IMG/VR virus record: IMGVR_UViG_3300047157_000041
Span: 2,184 to 66,183 of that record
Reading direction: 5' to 3' (one strand)
Length of the DNA stretch: 64,000 nt
Source: a virus
Lineage: Duplodnaviria > Caudoviricetes
A program made the translations under genes and the position numbers. Each line of letters begins with the position of its first letter. Position 1 is the first letter of the stretch. Of the stretch, positions 31,795-41,184 are shown piece after piece. A model generated the notes under the pieces. It saw nothing but the letters and a program-made list of their open reading frames with translations, ran no database searches and was not told the DNA's origin.

Positions 31795-32560
31795 TGTCTG
31801 TATCTTTTACGAATGTTCCATTAATCATTTTACCTGTTCTTGCTGCTATAACTTTATAAGCTTCGTCAATACAATATTCTATATTGTATCCTTCTAAATG
31901 AGCTAAGTTTGTAAGCACTACAACAATATCACCTATCGCATCTATAACCTCAGGTTTATCATTTTTAAGTAATGCTTTAGCTAACTCTCCAGCCTCTTCT
32001 TGTAATTTGACATATTGTGTATGTGAATTACCTTCGTTATATAATCCTCTTGTAGCTGCCCAGTTTCTTATAAGATCGAATCTTTCATCTGAACGTACAT
32101 CAGGATTGTGGTCTGTGTTATAAAACGCTTCATAAAAAGCTTTATTATATATATAGCTTCTTTTATCATTGTACATTGATGTTTTACAATTCTGCATAAT
32201 CCAAGGTATTGTTTTGGCTGTTATTTCAAATGTGCCAAATTCCGTAGACCATTTAGCCCCTATGTGGTCCGATAAATTACCTTTAAGTTTATTTACTGGA
32301 TAGGGGAATGTACTTGTCTGCTCTGTAGCGTTAATTTTCATTTTATTTGATTTAATTAAATTTTTATAAGTTTGTCTATCAACTTTATAGCCGTAAGACT
32401 TTTGAAGTTCTATTTCCTTTGCAGATATAATTTCTATATCATCGCTTGTAAATAAAACTTCATACTCTTCTGGTGCATATCCTTGTTGCTCCGTAACTCT
32501 TTTATTAAGATTACGTGTAACTCCAATTTTTTTACCAGGAATGTGATAAATGTTGTACAT
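31787..32560 (-). CDS. Fusion of a GIY-YIG-like N-terminal domain and a MazG-like NTP pyrophosphohydrolase
   Basis: N-terminal YNIYHIP..KIGVT.NL..R...Q. C-terminal KLQEEAGELA...DAIGD. Confidence 0.7.
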   Translation of the reverse strand: MYNIYHIPGKKIGVTRNLNKRVTEQQGYAPEEYEVLFTSDDIEIISAKEIELQKSYGYKVDRQTYKNLIKSNKMKINATEQTSTFPYPVNKLKGNLSDHIGAKWSTEFGTFEITAKTIPWIMQNCKTSMYNDKRSYIYNKAFYEAFYNTDHNPDVRSDERFDLIRNWAATRGLYNEGNSHTQYVKLQEEAGELAKALLKNDKPEVIDAIGDIVVVLTNLAHLEGYNIEYCIDEAYKVIAARTGKMINGTFVKDTDNE

Positions 32561-32569
32561 ATTTTTAGT

Positions 32570-33382
32570 TTATTTGCCAACACTCAACTCTGCTTTTATA
32601 GCAGGATAAGGATTGTATTTGATTAAATTTATTTCATTATGCTTAGGTATTTCTAAAGAAACATCTAAACCTTTATCTAACTTAAGCTTTGGTAAAACTC
32701 TTTTAGGTCTGTTTATATATACATTTGCTTGTTCTAAATGATTGTTATATAAATGACAATCCCCAAGCTGTCCTATAAGCTTCCCAGGCTTCAAATTAGA
32801 GCCTTTAGCCAACATCTCGAGTAGTAAGCCATACATTGAAATATCGTACGGCAGACCAAGAAATATATCGACTGATCTTTGTTGCCACATTAAATCCATA
32901 ACGCCATTGTTTATGTATATTTGAAATCCGTAATGACACGGAGGCAACACCATATCATCCATTTCATGAGGAGCCCAGGCGGATAACATAATGCGACGAC
33001 TGTGCGGTGTATCACGTATAGCATTTACTACATTTGCTAGTTGATCAACCCCATTGAAGTCACGCCATTGTTTTCCATATACAGGACCAAGTGTTTCGTC
33101 CGTTCTACCTGATCTATTATAATCAGGGCGCCAGTATTTAACACCATTGTCTTCAAGATATTTAAGATCTGTTCTGCCTTGTAATATCCAAAGCAATTCT
33201 GTTTTAACTGCTTGGAAGCTTATCCTTTTACCTGTGAGTATAGGGAAGCCAAGTGACATATCGTGCTTAATCGTTCTTCCGAAGACAGCTCTCGTCCCTG
33301 TCCCTGTTCTATCCTCTTTATTAGATCCGCCGTGGAGTACACCTCCCATAAGTGCTTTATATTCATTTTCTATGTTTATCAT
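32570..33382 (-). CDS. thyA: Thymidylate synthase
   Basis: DRTGTGT, ELLW, LGPVYGKQWR, SRRI, LPPCH, QRSVD.FLGLP.D and GDCHLY.NH. Confidence 0.95.
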   Translation of the reverse strand: MINIENEYKALMGGVLHGGSNKEDRTGTGTRAVFGRTIKHDMSLGFPILTGKRISFQAVKTELLWILQGRTDLKYLEDNGVKYWRPDYNRSGRTDETLGPVYGKQWRDFNGVDQLANVVNAIRDTPHSRRIMLSAWAPHEMDDMVLPPCHYGFQIYINNGVMDLMWQQRSVDIFLGLPYDISMYGLLLEMLAKGSNLKPGKLIGQLGDCHLYNNHLEQANVYINRPKRVLPKLKLDKGLDVSLEIPKHNEINLIKYNPYPAIKAELSVGK

Positions 33383-33641
33383 AATAATATTTACAAAATT
33401 CATAATACGCTTTCCAAATCGCGTCTCTATTATATATACTCGGTGCTACATTAGGTTTCTCTCCACGTTTGTATGGGCCAAGTGTTATAGTTATTCGCCA
33501 GTTATCTGGATCGTTCTGTATTCCTTGAGGTGCAATTCTTATATCATTACGTATACAATACAAACAAGCTTTAATCTCGTCTGTAGTAGGAACGTATTTT
33601 GGCATGCTATAATTAGCGCCTTTTCTATATAAGCTTTTCAT
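33363..33641 (-). CDS. Hypothetical protein
   Basis: 92-aa ORF coupled to the helicase and thyA genes. Confidence 0.5.
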   Translation of the reverse strand: MKSLYRKGANYSMPKYVPTTDEIKACLYCIRNDIRIAPQGIQNDPDNWRITITLGPYKRGEKPNVAPSIYNRDAIWKAYYEFCKYYYDKHRK

Positions 33642-35363
33642 TTATTCCCAAGGCATAGCCTCATCTGTTAAGTTTAATTGCTCGTGAGGTATAAAGCAAC
33701 CCGACTTTGGTTCCCATTTAAAATGTGCTTCAGCACCGTTCTCTCCTAAGTTTTGAAACTTTACTTTAAGAACTTTAGCTTTAACAGTTTTCTCTTCATA
33801 ATTTCTATGAACTAATATACCGTGATAAGAAGCATCATACCATTCACCTCCACCTTTAATGTTATACATTGTAGGTTCTTCAATCTTACCGTCTTGTGTC
33901 TTATACATCTTGGTAGGGTGAGCTACTATAAATACAAGCACATCGTACTTCTTAGCAAATATTTCTATCTTAGTTAAGTATTCCATAGTATACCTGTTAA
34001 CATCTTCTGTCTTACAGTCTACGTCTCTAACCTTATTAAAAGGATCTATAACTAAACATTTAATACCTTTACGTTTTACTAGCTCAGCACCTTTACGTAA
34101 CACAGACTCTAATGTGTAACGTTCCATATCAATATGAAAATAATTGCTATTGCAGTGATCAGCTATTTGATTCCATTTGTCTCCGTGTATATCTGAAGCT
34201 GATGGCATACCTTCCCAGGTTTTTCTCATTAGCTTGTGAGCATGTAAATACGTCGGCGCATTTTCTGGTGATGCAAAAGCCGTCTTCCAACCGTAGTTAC
34301 GATTATATCCGACAACCATCTGATCAACAAAGTCTGATTTACCTGAACTAGGTATACCAGTGACAGTAATAAATTGACCGGTATAAGTACTAAAAATGTC
34401 ATCAAAATTGGATAAGCCAACTTGATATCCTTTCTTAAAGCCGTTACGAACAAAGTCAGTAACCTCATCCTCAATATCTCTGAATGTCGTAACATTTTCA
34501 AGCGGAACGGGTCTCGCTCCGGTAATACGCTCTGATAGTTTTTCTTTTCCATGCTTGATTAAGTATTCATTAGCATCTTTACAATCATCAAACGTTGCTA
34601 AGTAGCAAACTTCTGCTCCTAGCCTTCTAACTAACTCTGATTGCAATGCTTGCCCAGCTTCGTCCGAATCAACTGCTAATATTATTTTCTCTTTGTCTTC
34701 AAAATAATCAATACAATTGTCTAGATAATCTAAGTTATTACTATTTAATGTTGCACCATTAGGAACTGATATTGCGTTAGGTATTCCAGCTTCGTGCAAT
34801 GCTAACACATCCATTTCACCTTCTACTATAATACAATATTCATATCCTACTATACTATTTATATTATAAAATACTTTCTCAGCTCCTTTATATAGTTTAA
34901 AGTTTTTTCTACCGTCTCTATATTTAATATTAATAAGCTGATCACCCATTATATAATTAAACTGAATCGTATTCTCGGCCTTGCCGGTTTGGGGCATGTA
35001 CTCAGAGCCCTCACTAACTTGCAAGTCAATAAGAGTCTGAGCTTTTATACCTCTTGTTTCAAACCATTTAATTACTTTATCACTTAAAAAATCTGGTTTT
35101 TCAGGGTCAGCTATAACAACTGGCCTTACATATTCTTTTTCACTAGCACCTTTACGCTGATAAGTGTGTAATTGAAATGATGTGTTACAATTATGACAAG
35201 TACCGAGACCACGTTCCCAATCGTAAGAAGCGCACTTTAATTTTTGCTTCTTGGGTTGTCTATCAGAAGAGCACAAAGGACACGTCCCTTGTTTCTTACC
35301 TTCGTCAAGCTTATATTGATTGAACTCATCAATCAAGAATCCATTGATCTCTGTTGTCTGCAT
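33642..35363 (-). CDS. Primase-helicase (T7 gp4/Twinkle-like)
   Basis: Zn finger CPLC...CHNC, TOPRIM (IVEGEMD, DSDEAG, KDANE), Walker A GIPSSGKS, Walker B LVIDP and VAHP. Confidence 0.92.
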   Translation of the reverse strand: MQTTEINGFLIDEFNQYKLDEGKKQGTCPLCSSDRQPKKQKLKCASYDWERGLGTCHNCNTSFQLHTYQRKGASEKEYVRPVVIADPEKPDFLSDKVIKWFETRGIKAQTLIDLQVSEGSEYMPQTGKAENTIQFNYIMGDQLINIKYRDGRKNFKLYKGAEKVFYNINSIVGYEYCIIVEGEMDVLALHEAGIPNAISVPNGATLNSNNLDYLDNCIDYFEDKEKIILAVDSDEAGQALQSELVRRLGAEVCYLATFDDCKDANEYLIKHGKEKLSERITGARPVPLENVTTFRDIEDEVTDFVRNGFKKGYQVGLSNFDDIFSTYTGQFITVTGIPSSGKSDFVDQMVVGYNRNYGWKTAFASPENAPTYLHAHKLMRKTWEGMPSASDIHGDKWNQIADHCNSNYFHIDMERYTLESVLRKGAELVKRKGIKCLVIDPFNKVRDVDCKTEDVNRYTMEYLTKIEIFAKKYDVLVFIVAHPTKMYKTQDGKIEEPTMYNIKGGGEWYDASYHGILVHRNYEEKTVKAKVLKVKFQNLGENGAEAHFKWEPKSGCFIPHEQLNLTDEAMPWE

Positions 35364-35376
35364 TAATTATATTAGT

Positions 35377-35685
35377 TTAAAATGGTAAATCATCTGCCGG
35401 TTGTGCTACCGGTTGAGCTTGTTGTGGTTGATCTGTTCTTGGCGCAGCGGCTACATTATCACCGTTAGTCCACACCACTTTAACATTTCCTAAATAAGTC
35501 TTAGCTACTTTAGCTTCACGCTCCTCTTTAGATTGTTCAACAATAACTGGCCCTTGATTACCATAGTTGTCAACTTCGTCATTAATTGTAATTGTTATAG
35601 GTAAATACTTACCTTTCTTGCCCACATAGATTTTATCTTTTGGGATTTCATTCAAGTTAATACTTGCTTTAATTATACTTGCCAT
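35377..35685 (-). CDS. Single-stranded DNA-binding protein (Bacteroidota phage type)
   Basis: 102 aa, beta-rich, with a flexible Q/P linker and the SSB C-terminal tip DDLPF. Adjacent to the helicase. Confidence 0.7.
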   Translation of the reverse strand: MASIIKASINLNEIPKDKIYVGKKGKYLPITITINDEVDNYGNQGPVIVEQSKEEREAKVAKTYLGNVKVVWTNGDNVAAAPRTDQPQQAQPVAQPADDLPF

Positions 35686-35686
35686 A

Positions 35687-35863
35687 TTAGTACGCGTTTA
35701 TCTGATTAAACATTCTTGTTAATTGCTCTTTTGTAGCACCAGTATTTCTTCTCATATTGTCTACTGCTTTAACATGATTTTGGTTAGTATAAAAATTATC
35801 TACACTTGTTTTCATTCCTGTTACTGTACAAATTTTTGTTTGGTTTTTTCTTGGTCTTGCCAT
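35687..35863 (-). CDS. Small hypothetical protein (58 aa, not in ORF track)
   Basis: MARPRKNQTKICTVTGMKTSVDNFY...QINAY* fills the gap exactly. Confidence 0.55.
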   Translation of the reverse strand: MARPRKNQTKICTVTGMKTSVDNFYTNQNHVKAVDNMRRNTGATKEQLTRMFNQINAY

Positions 35864-35872
35864 AATTAATAA

Positions 35873-36619
35873 TTAAAGGGTTTTGTTAATAAAAAATTGT
35901 TGTGGATCGAAATCCGGGTTTTTAAAAAATAGTTCATATGCTTCTATAGCTCTTTCAACTTTATCTCTACCGCTTTCCAAAAACTTTGGAGAACAATCAA
36001 ATATACCTATTTGATGAGATGATTTGTCTATAGCCATAAACACCAGCTCATAACCAAATAATTTTTGGTAAATATAAGCTTGTGAATCGTAATTATATTT
36101 TCGTGCACTATACTGAAATTTTGATATGTCAGCTGTAGTTTTCAAATCAATAATTAATTTTTCACCGTGGTTTATTATATCAGCTTTGCCTTTCCACATA
36201 TGGCCGCCTATTTCTTCAATCCCAGGCTGTTCGTAAGTTACACTCTCGCCTGTTCCACGAATCAAATCTCTACATATGTCATTAGACATTATCTTGTCTA
36301 CTAACAATTCAGTTTTATCTACTTCGTGTTGCAATAAGCATATCTCACCGCCTGAGATCTCTCTATACGCTTTTGTATTTCTAGTTGTAGCTTCTACAAT
36401 CTTAAAGTTATTAAGCTTTTCAGGTTCTAGTATAGCTGTATGAAAATACCCACCAATTAAAAATGCAGGTCTATTCTCTAGAGGTACGCCTAGCGATAGA
36501 GGGTTTGTTAACAGTGTAGAGATGTCAGAATTACTTAAAAACTTCTTACCGTAACTGCCGTAATAGTTTTTATCTTCCTTAAGTTTTTCTAACACCTCTT
36601 TCTTGTTAGCTTTTTCCAT
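35873..36619 (-). CDS. PD-(D/E)xK exonuclease (RecE/exonuclease VIII-like)
   Basis: LSNSDI, G..FHTAILEP, KGKAD, IIDLKTT and Y..QAYIY motifs. Confidence 0.8.
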   Translation of the reverse strand: MEKANKKEVLEKLKEDKNYYGSYGKKFLSNSDISTLLTNPLSLGVPLENRPAFLIGGYFHTAILEPEKLNNFKIVEATTRNTKAYREISGGEICLLQHEVDKTELLVDKIMSNDICRDLIRGTGESVTYEQPGIEEIGGHMWKGKADIINHGEKLIIDLKTTADISKFQYSARKYNYDSQAYIYQKLFGYELVFMAIDKSSHQIGIFDCSPKFLESGRDKVERAIEAYELFFKNPDFDPQQFFINKTL

Positions 36620-36620
36620 T

Positions 36621-37166
36621 TTATAGAGTTTTCAATTTTGCCTCTACTTCTTTAGATAAGGCATACTTTGCTTTTATAGCTTCAATCTTACCTCCTGCTT
36701 TAACGTAATCCTTTGCTTTAGCAAATGCTGGATCTTTGTCTGATGTTAAGGTAGGCTTGTTAGCTCTCGGTGCATTACCGTGGTTGTTTGTAGCGTCACT
36801 ATCTGCAGTGTCGTCAATTAAAAATAAATTACCTAGCGCATATTTTTTTCCGTAAGATGATGCACTACCGAACTTTTGAGGCATTTGCATACCCTTCTGA
36901 GTTAGGTCAACGCCTACAAGTGCAGTAGCACGTATAGCATTTTCGCCATCGCAGATGATAGCAGTTGATTTGATAATTGGAAATTCTTGATTGTCAATTA
37001 GTTCCTCATCAATTCTTACTGATACTCCTAACTCTAAGAGAAAGGGTTTAGTTGCTTCTAGGATGTCTTCGGCTGATCTGAAGTTGTATTTGCCGAATGA
37101 ATTAAATCTACTCTTCTTCGATTTAAATTTTGTCTGGATTTGGGCCAGCTTTTGGTTTATGGTCAT
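36621..37166 (-). CDS. ERF-family single-strand annealing protein
   Basis: N.FGKYNFRSAEDI and Q..GSASSYGKKYAL..LF.IDD..DSD ERF signature. Confidence 0.85.
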   Translation of the reverse strand: MTINQKLAQIQTKFKSKKSRFNSFGKYNFRSAEDILEATKPFLLELGVSVRIDEELIDNQEFPIIKSTAIICDGENAIRATALVGVDLTQKGMQMPQKFGSASSYGKKYALGNLFLIDDTADSDATNNHGNAPRANKPTLTSDKDPAFAKAKDYVKAGGKIEAIKAKYALSKEVEAKLKTL

Positions 37167-37191
37167 AAGGTATTGTTTGGTTTCTTATTAT

Positions 37192-37203
37192 TATTATTAC
37201 GTA
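37192..37203 (-). promoter_or_regulatory. Putative middle/late promoter element TACGTAATAATA (minus strand)
   Basis: Exact copy, directly downstream of the sigma gene and upstream of the recombination/replication operon. Confidence 0.55.
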
Positions 37204-37216
37204 TTTTATTCATAAG

Positions 37217-37969
37217 TTAAAGATAATCAATTACTTGGTTGCTGTCGACATTAGCGATTAAATGGTCGATTGCTTCTTTTTTAATCTGCGAAACTATAAC
37301 AGTTGCAGTCGGAACTTTGAGACCAATATAGTCTGCTATTTCTTTAGCAGAATGTTTGTTGCAATCTAAACCATAAAATAATCTAACCACGTCATATTGT
37401 TTTGATGTTAAATGTTCTTGCATTAAACTAAGTAAATAAGTGTTTAGCAAAGCTATATTATATGGTTCGGACTTATCAGGTAATTGATAAGCGAAGTTAT
37501 CTTCATCGGCTGGTGTTATATCATAACTTGAAAACATACTATTAAAAAACAGCGCTACCATCTTATCATCTTTAGGGTTCTTGCGTATTTCATTTAGCTT
37601 GTGTTCTGGTATTTTAATATCGCCTCTGTTAATATCTATTGATCTTCTTATAGCTCCTTTAATTCTTTTACTTAGAAATGACTTCAATGTTTTTTCAATG
37701 TCCTCTGATTCGTTTAAAACATTCCAGTCTAATCTGTCTACAGCTTTAGTTAATCCTGCTCCACCTTCTTGTAATAGATCGTTGATACTTAAAACTCCTG
37801 AAGCTTGCTGCGTTGTTGAAAACTTGCGAGCTAGATTTTCTACCAATGGCAGAAACCTAATTATAAGTTCATCTCTTGACAATTCACTATAGCCAATGTC
37901 TTCATCAGGCATAGATGACTTAACATCTTCTTTATACCTAATGTAATTCTGTATATTATATTTTTTCAT
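37217..37969 (-). CDS. Phage RNA polymerase sigma factor (sigma70 family)
   Basis: Region 2 (RDELIIRFLPLVENLARKF...DLLQEG..GL..AVDR.D...IKGAIRR) and region 4 HTH (LTSKQYDVVRLFYGL...SAKEIADYIG). Confidence 0.85.
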   Translation of the reverse strand: MKKYNIQNYIRYKEDVKSSMPDEDIGYSELSRDELIIRFLPLVENLARKFSTTQQASGVLSINDLLQEGGAGLTKAVDRLDWNVLNESEDIEKTLKSFLSKRIKGAIRRSIDINRGDIKIPEHKLNEIRKNPKDDKMVALFFNSMFSSYDITPADEDNFAYQLPDKSEPYNIALLNTYLLSLMQEHLTSKQYDVVRLFYGLDCNKHSAKEIADYIGLKVPTATVIVSQIKKEAIDHLIANVDSNQVIDYL

Positions 37970-37975
37970 TACTCA

Positions 37976-38596
37976 TTATAATTGCTGGTTTAATAGTTCT
38001 TTTTCTCGTCTTAATTCATTTGTCATATTTCTATGCACTGTACGTGTTGAACAACCTAACATTATACTTATCTTTGATATATTGATTTTTTGTTTATTAT
38101 CATTTAATATAAGCATACTATCATATATTTCAGCGGCCGATAGCTTTTGTCTACCAACCATCTGGCCTACTATAGATAGCTTTTGTCTCATATCTAAACC
38201 GCAGTGATCTTTGAATATAACCTTACGCAATTTATTTGGTGGTGGTTTTTCTAAGTCCTGCATTGATACATCATATACCATGCTCTGCATTAATTGTTCT
38301 GATACTTTAAAAGTAACAAATCCATTTCTATTATCGCAGACGTATCGTGTTAATGCTGTAAAAGCATCAGCATCCATTTGGGGATTCAAGTACCATAATA
38401 CGTACAAGTGCCACTTCAAAGATCTATATGTAGTTATCTTTGCTCTTGACGCAAACAAGTTATAACATTCATGGGTACCGTCCGCATAAAAATCACCCCA
38501 GGCAAATTGCTCTGTTGGTTTATCGCTGATCGGATTACGCCTGTATATTACTCTATGCCTGTTAAGATAATCTTTATTTCTTTCGTACTGTGACAT
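37976..38596 (-). CDS. DNA-binding protein with C-terminal HTH (replication initiator/regulator candidate)
   Basis: The C-terminal INISKISIMLGCSTRTVHRNM is a helix-turn-helix. Confidence 0.6.
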   Translation of the reverse strand: MSQYERNKDYLNRHRVIYRRNPISDKPTEQFAWGDFYADGTHECYNLFASRAKITTYRSLKWHLYVLWYLNPQMDADAFTALTRYVCDNRNGFVTFKVSEQLMQSMVYDVSMQDLEKPPPNKLRKVIFKDHCGLDMRQKLSIVGQMVGRQKLSAAEIYDSMLILNDNKQKINISKISIMLGCSTRTVHRNMTNELRREKELLNQQL

Positions 38597-38632
38597 TAGC
38601 CTGTTACTATTATTATTATACTACCTATCGTC
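38592..38632. promoter_or_regulatory. Inverted half-site pair GACATTAGC-N23-CCTATCGTC overlapping the HTH gene start
   Basis: The same architecture and spacing recur at 44851-44891. Confidence 0.55.
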
Positions 38633-38633
38633 C

Positions 38634-38828
38634 CTATATGGACAAATACTTTAATCTTCTGTTATATTTAAGAAAAAGCTGGCTTTTTATTTTTGCCATC
38701 TCATAATTATCTTCTATAACATATAATACTATGCTGTTATGAAGCTCTGTTATTGCCTGTTCTAAAATTCTTTTGTGGTGCCGCTTTCTTCGGCTTTCGA
38801 TAAGCTTTAATTTTATTGCTAATTCCAT
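38634..38828 (-). CDS. Hypothetical protein
   Basis: 64-aa ORF in the operon. Confidence 0.45.
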   Translation of the reverse strand: MELAIKLKLIESRRKRHHKRILEQAITELHNSIVLYVIEDNYEMAKIKSQLFLKYNRRLKYLSI

Positions 38829-39310
38829 TGTAATTCGTGCTTATTAAGTGGTCTACTAATTTTTTGCTCATTTTTATTTGCTATTTTACATTTATCTAAT
38901 TCATAATAATTCCAGTATGCTTTAATACTATCACCCTCGACCTTGTATTCGTCTGGCATACATTGAGGTGGTTCTTCGAAAGTACCTGTTGGTATTCCTG
39001 GAGGTGGGGTAGCTAAAATATCTTTGCATTTTGTAATTGTTAAGTGAGTTTTATTATATCTATTTGTGTATTCTTTACCAAGTGCCAACATATGATTATA
39101 TAACCATAAGTATTGTGCTTTATTTGTTCTGCACCATATAGTTGACGGATGATTTAAATGCGCTTTTTTATATGGAACGTTGTTATTACCTAGTGCTATA
39201 TGAGCCGTACAAAGCATTTGTGCTGACTCTAAGATCATTTTAACTTTATGCTTATCATAAAAGTAACTAGCTGAAACAACAGGGTCTCTGTCTAAATAAA
39301 ATATATTCAT
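38819..39310 (-). CDS. Pyrimidine-dimer DNA glycosylase (DenV/endonuclease V)-like family protein
   Basis: MNIFYLD...DKH.VKMILE.AQML.TAH...HLNHPSTIW...EYT.RY.K.H...PPQCMP pattern. Confidence 0.7.
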   Translation of the reverse strand: MNIFYLDRDPVVSASYFYDKHKVKMILESAQMLCTAHIALGNNNVPYKKAHLNHPSTIWCRTNKAQYLWLYNHMLALGKEYTNRYNKTHLTITKCKDILATPPPGIPTGTFEEPPQCMPDEYKVEGDSIKAYWNYYELDKCKIANKNEQKISRPLNKHELQWN

Positions 39311-39417
39311 CTGTATCGTTTATTGTTTAGTCTATTGTAATGTTTGTCTAATAAGAGGTTTGCTATCTCTTCGCTTATCATGTTGTCGTTGTATAACTGC
39401 CATATTAATTTATTCAT
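39307..39417 (-). CDS. Small hypothetical protein (likely start MNKLIWQLY)
   Basis: 36 aa, coupled to the ligase stop and to the next gene's start. Confidence 0.4.
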   Translation of the reverse strand: MNKLIWQLYNDNMISEEIANLLLDKHYNRLNNKRYR

Positions 39418-40261
39418 AGTTTCTGATTGCTTTAAATTGTGGGTGTCTGTAGCTATTAGCTTTTGTTCGTTCGAAATAAGTGAACGTCGCTGTTTGGCCA
39501 ATATAGTTATGAATATTTTCCAACATATTAGCTAACATTTTGTAATTATAGCCTTTACCGGGAGGGCAACCGAACTCGATACCGTCAGCATCGATCATTA
39601 AGAACTTGCCGAGAGTGCCAGTACGTTTACCTTTGCCAGGTACATAGCCAACTATCGTCGCTTCAGTATCGTGGAAATCTTTAAACTTTTGTAGGTTATA
39701 AGAACGTTTGCATTCATATGGTTTATCTAAACGCAATATAGAACCTTCGTAATCATTAGCTAGAAATTTGTTTTTGTGCATATATAAAGCATCAGAATAA
39801 CTGGTTACTTCATAAGACGGAACATATTTAACACAGTAAGAATACATATCGCTAGTAGCAAGTTGATTCATTCTGTACGAATAGTTTTCGTTCATTACAT
39901 TTTCAATATAGTCATAACAATGAAATTGTACATATGCTGCAGACTCCGTTCTATCAGCGGCAGATGGCTTTTGTTTTCGAACTAATGATATTATTTTTTC
40001 GAAATCGTTGCGTAATTCGTGATTGTACAATTCACCGTCAAGCACAATATCTGGGTGCTGATCGAAGAATGGTTTTAGATTTTCAAGAATGTGATGAATA
40101 TTTAGCCAAGGTTTGTTGTTGCGAGAGAATGCGACAACTTCACCGGATTCATTTTGTTTAATTACACAGCGTACACCGTCTAGTTTTGGTTGCATAAATA
40201 CTTTCTCGGACCAGTCGATTGGTTTGGCATCTACTTTGTATGCGAGCATTGGTTTGATCAT
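39410..40261 (-). CDS. ATP-dependent DNA ligase
   Basis: QPKLDGVR (motif I), LDGELY, YEGSILR, KRS..LQKFK and an OB domain ending YRHPQF..IR. Confidence 0.92.
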   Translation of the reverse strand: MIKPMLAYKVDAKPIDWSEKVFMQPKLDGVRCVIKQNESGEVVAFSRNNKPWLNIHHILENLKPFFDQHPDIVLDGELYNHELRNDFEKIISLVRKQKPSAADRTESAAYVQFHCYDYIENVMNENYSYRMNQLATSDMYSYCVKYVPSYEVTSYSDALYMHKNKFLANDYEGSILRLDKPYECKRSYNLQKFKDFHDTEATIVGYVPGKGKRTGTLGKFLMIDADGIEFGCPPGKGYNYKMLANMLENIHNYIGQTATFTYFERTKANSYRHPQFKAIRNYE

Positions 40262-40262
40262 A

Positions 40263-40520
40263 TTATTTAAATTTATTTAATTGGTTTTCTATTTTTATTA
40301 TTTTCTTTTTTAATTTATCGCATTTAGAATAGTCTTCTTGTTGCAAGTTATAGTCTAGTTCGGTCATAGCTTTCGCTAAGTCAGCTAATAATTGCTGCTC
40401 TTCGTCAACAGGGCCGTCAAACACGGAACTGCTATAAACATTTACAGCTTGATCTTCCATAAATGCGATGAGTCTAGAGGCTATTCTATCTGCGATATAA
40501 TTCATTTCTTGTTCATTCAT
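40263..40520 (-). CDS. Hypothetical protein with UVR-like C-terminal coiled coil
   Basis: QQEDYSKCDKLKKKI motif. Directly follows an early-motif copy. Confidence 0.5.
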   Translation of the reverse strand: MNEQEMNYIADRIASRLIAFMEDQAVNVYSSSVFDGPVDEEQQLLADLAKAMTELDYNLQQEDYSKCDKLKKKIIKIENQLNKFK

Positions 40521-40531
40521 ATATATTATCG

Positions 40532-40972
40532 TTATTCGTCCGTATCAAGTTCGTAGCCTTCATCTTCTAATTCTTCGATTGCTTGCTCGTGGTGGCGTTC
40601 GCATAGGTATACATATAATTCTTGTATTGCATCATCGATGAAATCTTGGTATAGATCATCGACGTATACAACGCCGCTATCACGTATAGCATCCTGAAGG
40701 TGGCCGCTTAATTCAGATTCGTAGTAATTAACATTTTCACTTACACAAATGTTTCTAGTATCGTGAGTGGTTATATAAACACTGTAGCCATCGGCTGTTG
40801 ATTCTTCGTATATATAGTAATCACAATTTTCATTCCACTGATCAGTTAGTTCAGTGTCATAATAATCAAGTATTATTTTTCTAATATGTTCTTCGTCGTG
40901 TGATTCAACTTCGCCAAAGCCATAGCTTATCATTTTTTCTTCGATAAGTTCGTCAGTTATTTTTTTACTCAT
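40532..40972 (-). CDS. Acidic hypothetical early protein
   Basis: 146 aa, very D/E-rich. Confidence 0.6.
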   Translation of the reverse strand: MSKKITDELIEEKMISYGFGEVESHDEEHIRKIILDYYDTELTDQWNENCDYYIYEESTADGYSVYITTHDTRNICVSENVNYYESELSGHLQDAIRDSGVVYVDDLYQDFIDDAIQELYVYLCERHHEQAIEELEDEGYELDTDE

Positions 40973-41184
40973 TTTATTTTATTTATTACTTCGTTTATTT
41001 TGTGTATAAGATCAGCGGCATCCATATTATAATGGTATTCTTCTATCAGCCACTTGATTTCTTTTAGCTTTTCATCAGCTAATTCTAGTGCTATTTTTTC
41101 GTCGATTTTTACACGAACGTCAGGATTTCTAGTCCACCAACCTTCTTCGTTTAGTTCGTGCCACTTAGTTACTGAGTCGCTCAT
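40969..41184 (-). CDS. Hypothetical early protein
   Basis: 71 aa, ATGA-coupled to its neighbours. Confidence 0.55.
   Translation of the reverse strand: MSDSVTKWHELNEEGWWTRNPDVRVKIDEKIALELADEKLKEIKWLIEEYHYNMDAADLIHKINEVINKIK

Noticed and set aside
37247..37255. Third GACATTAGC half-site
   Set aside because: It lies inside the sigma coding sequence and has no partner half-site 23 nt away. Probably chance.
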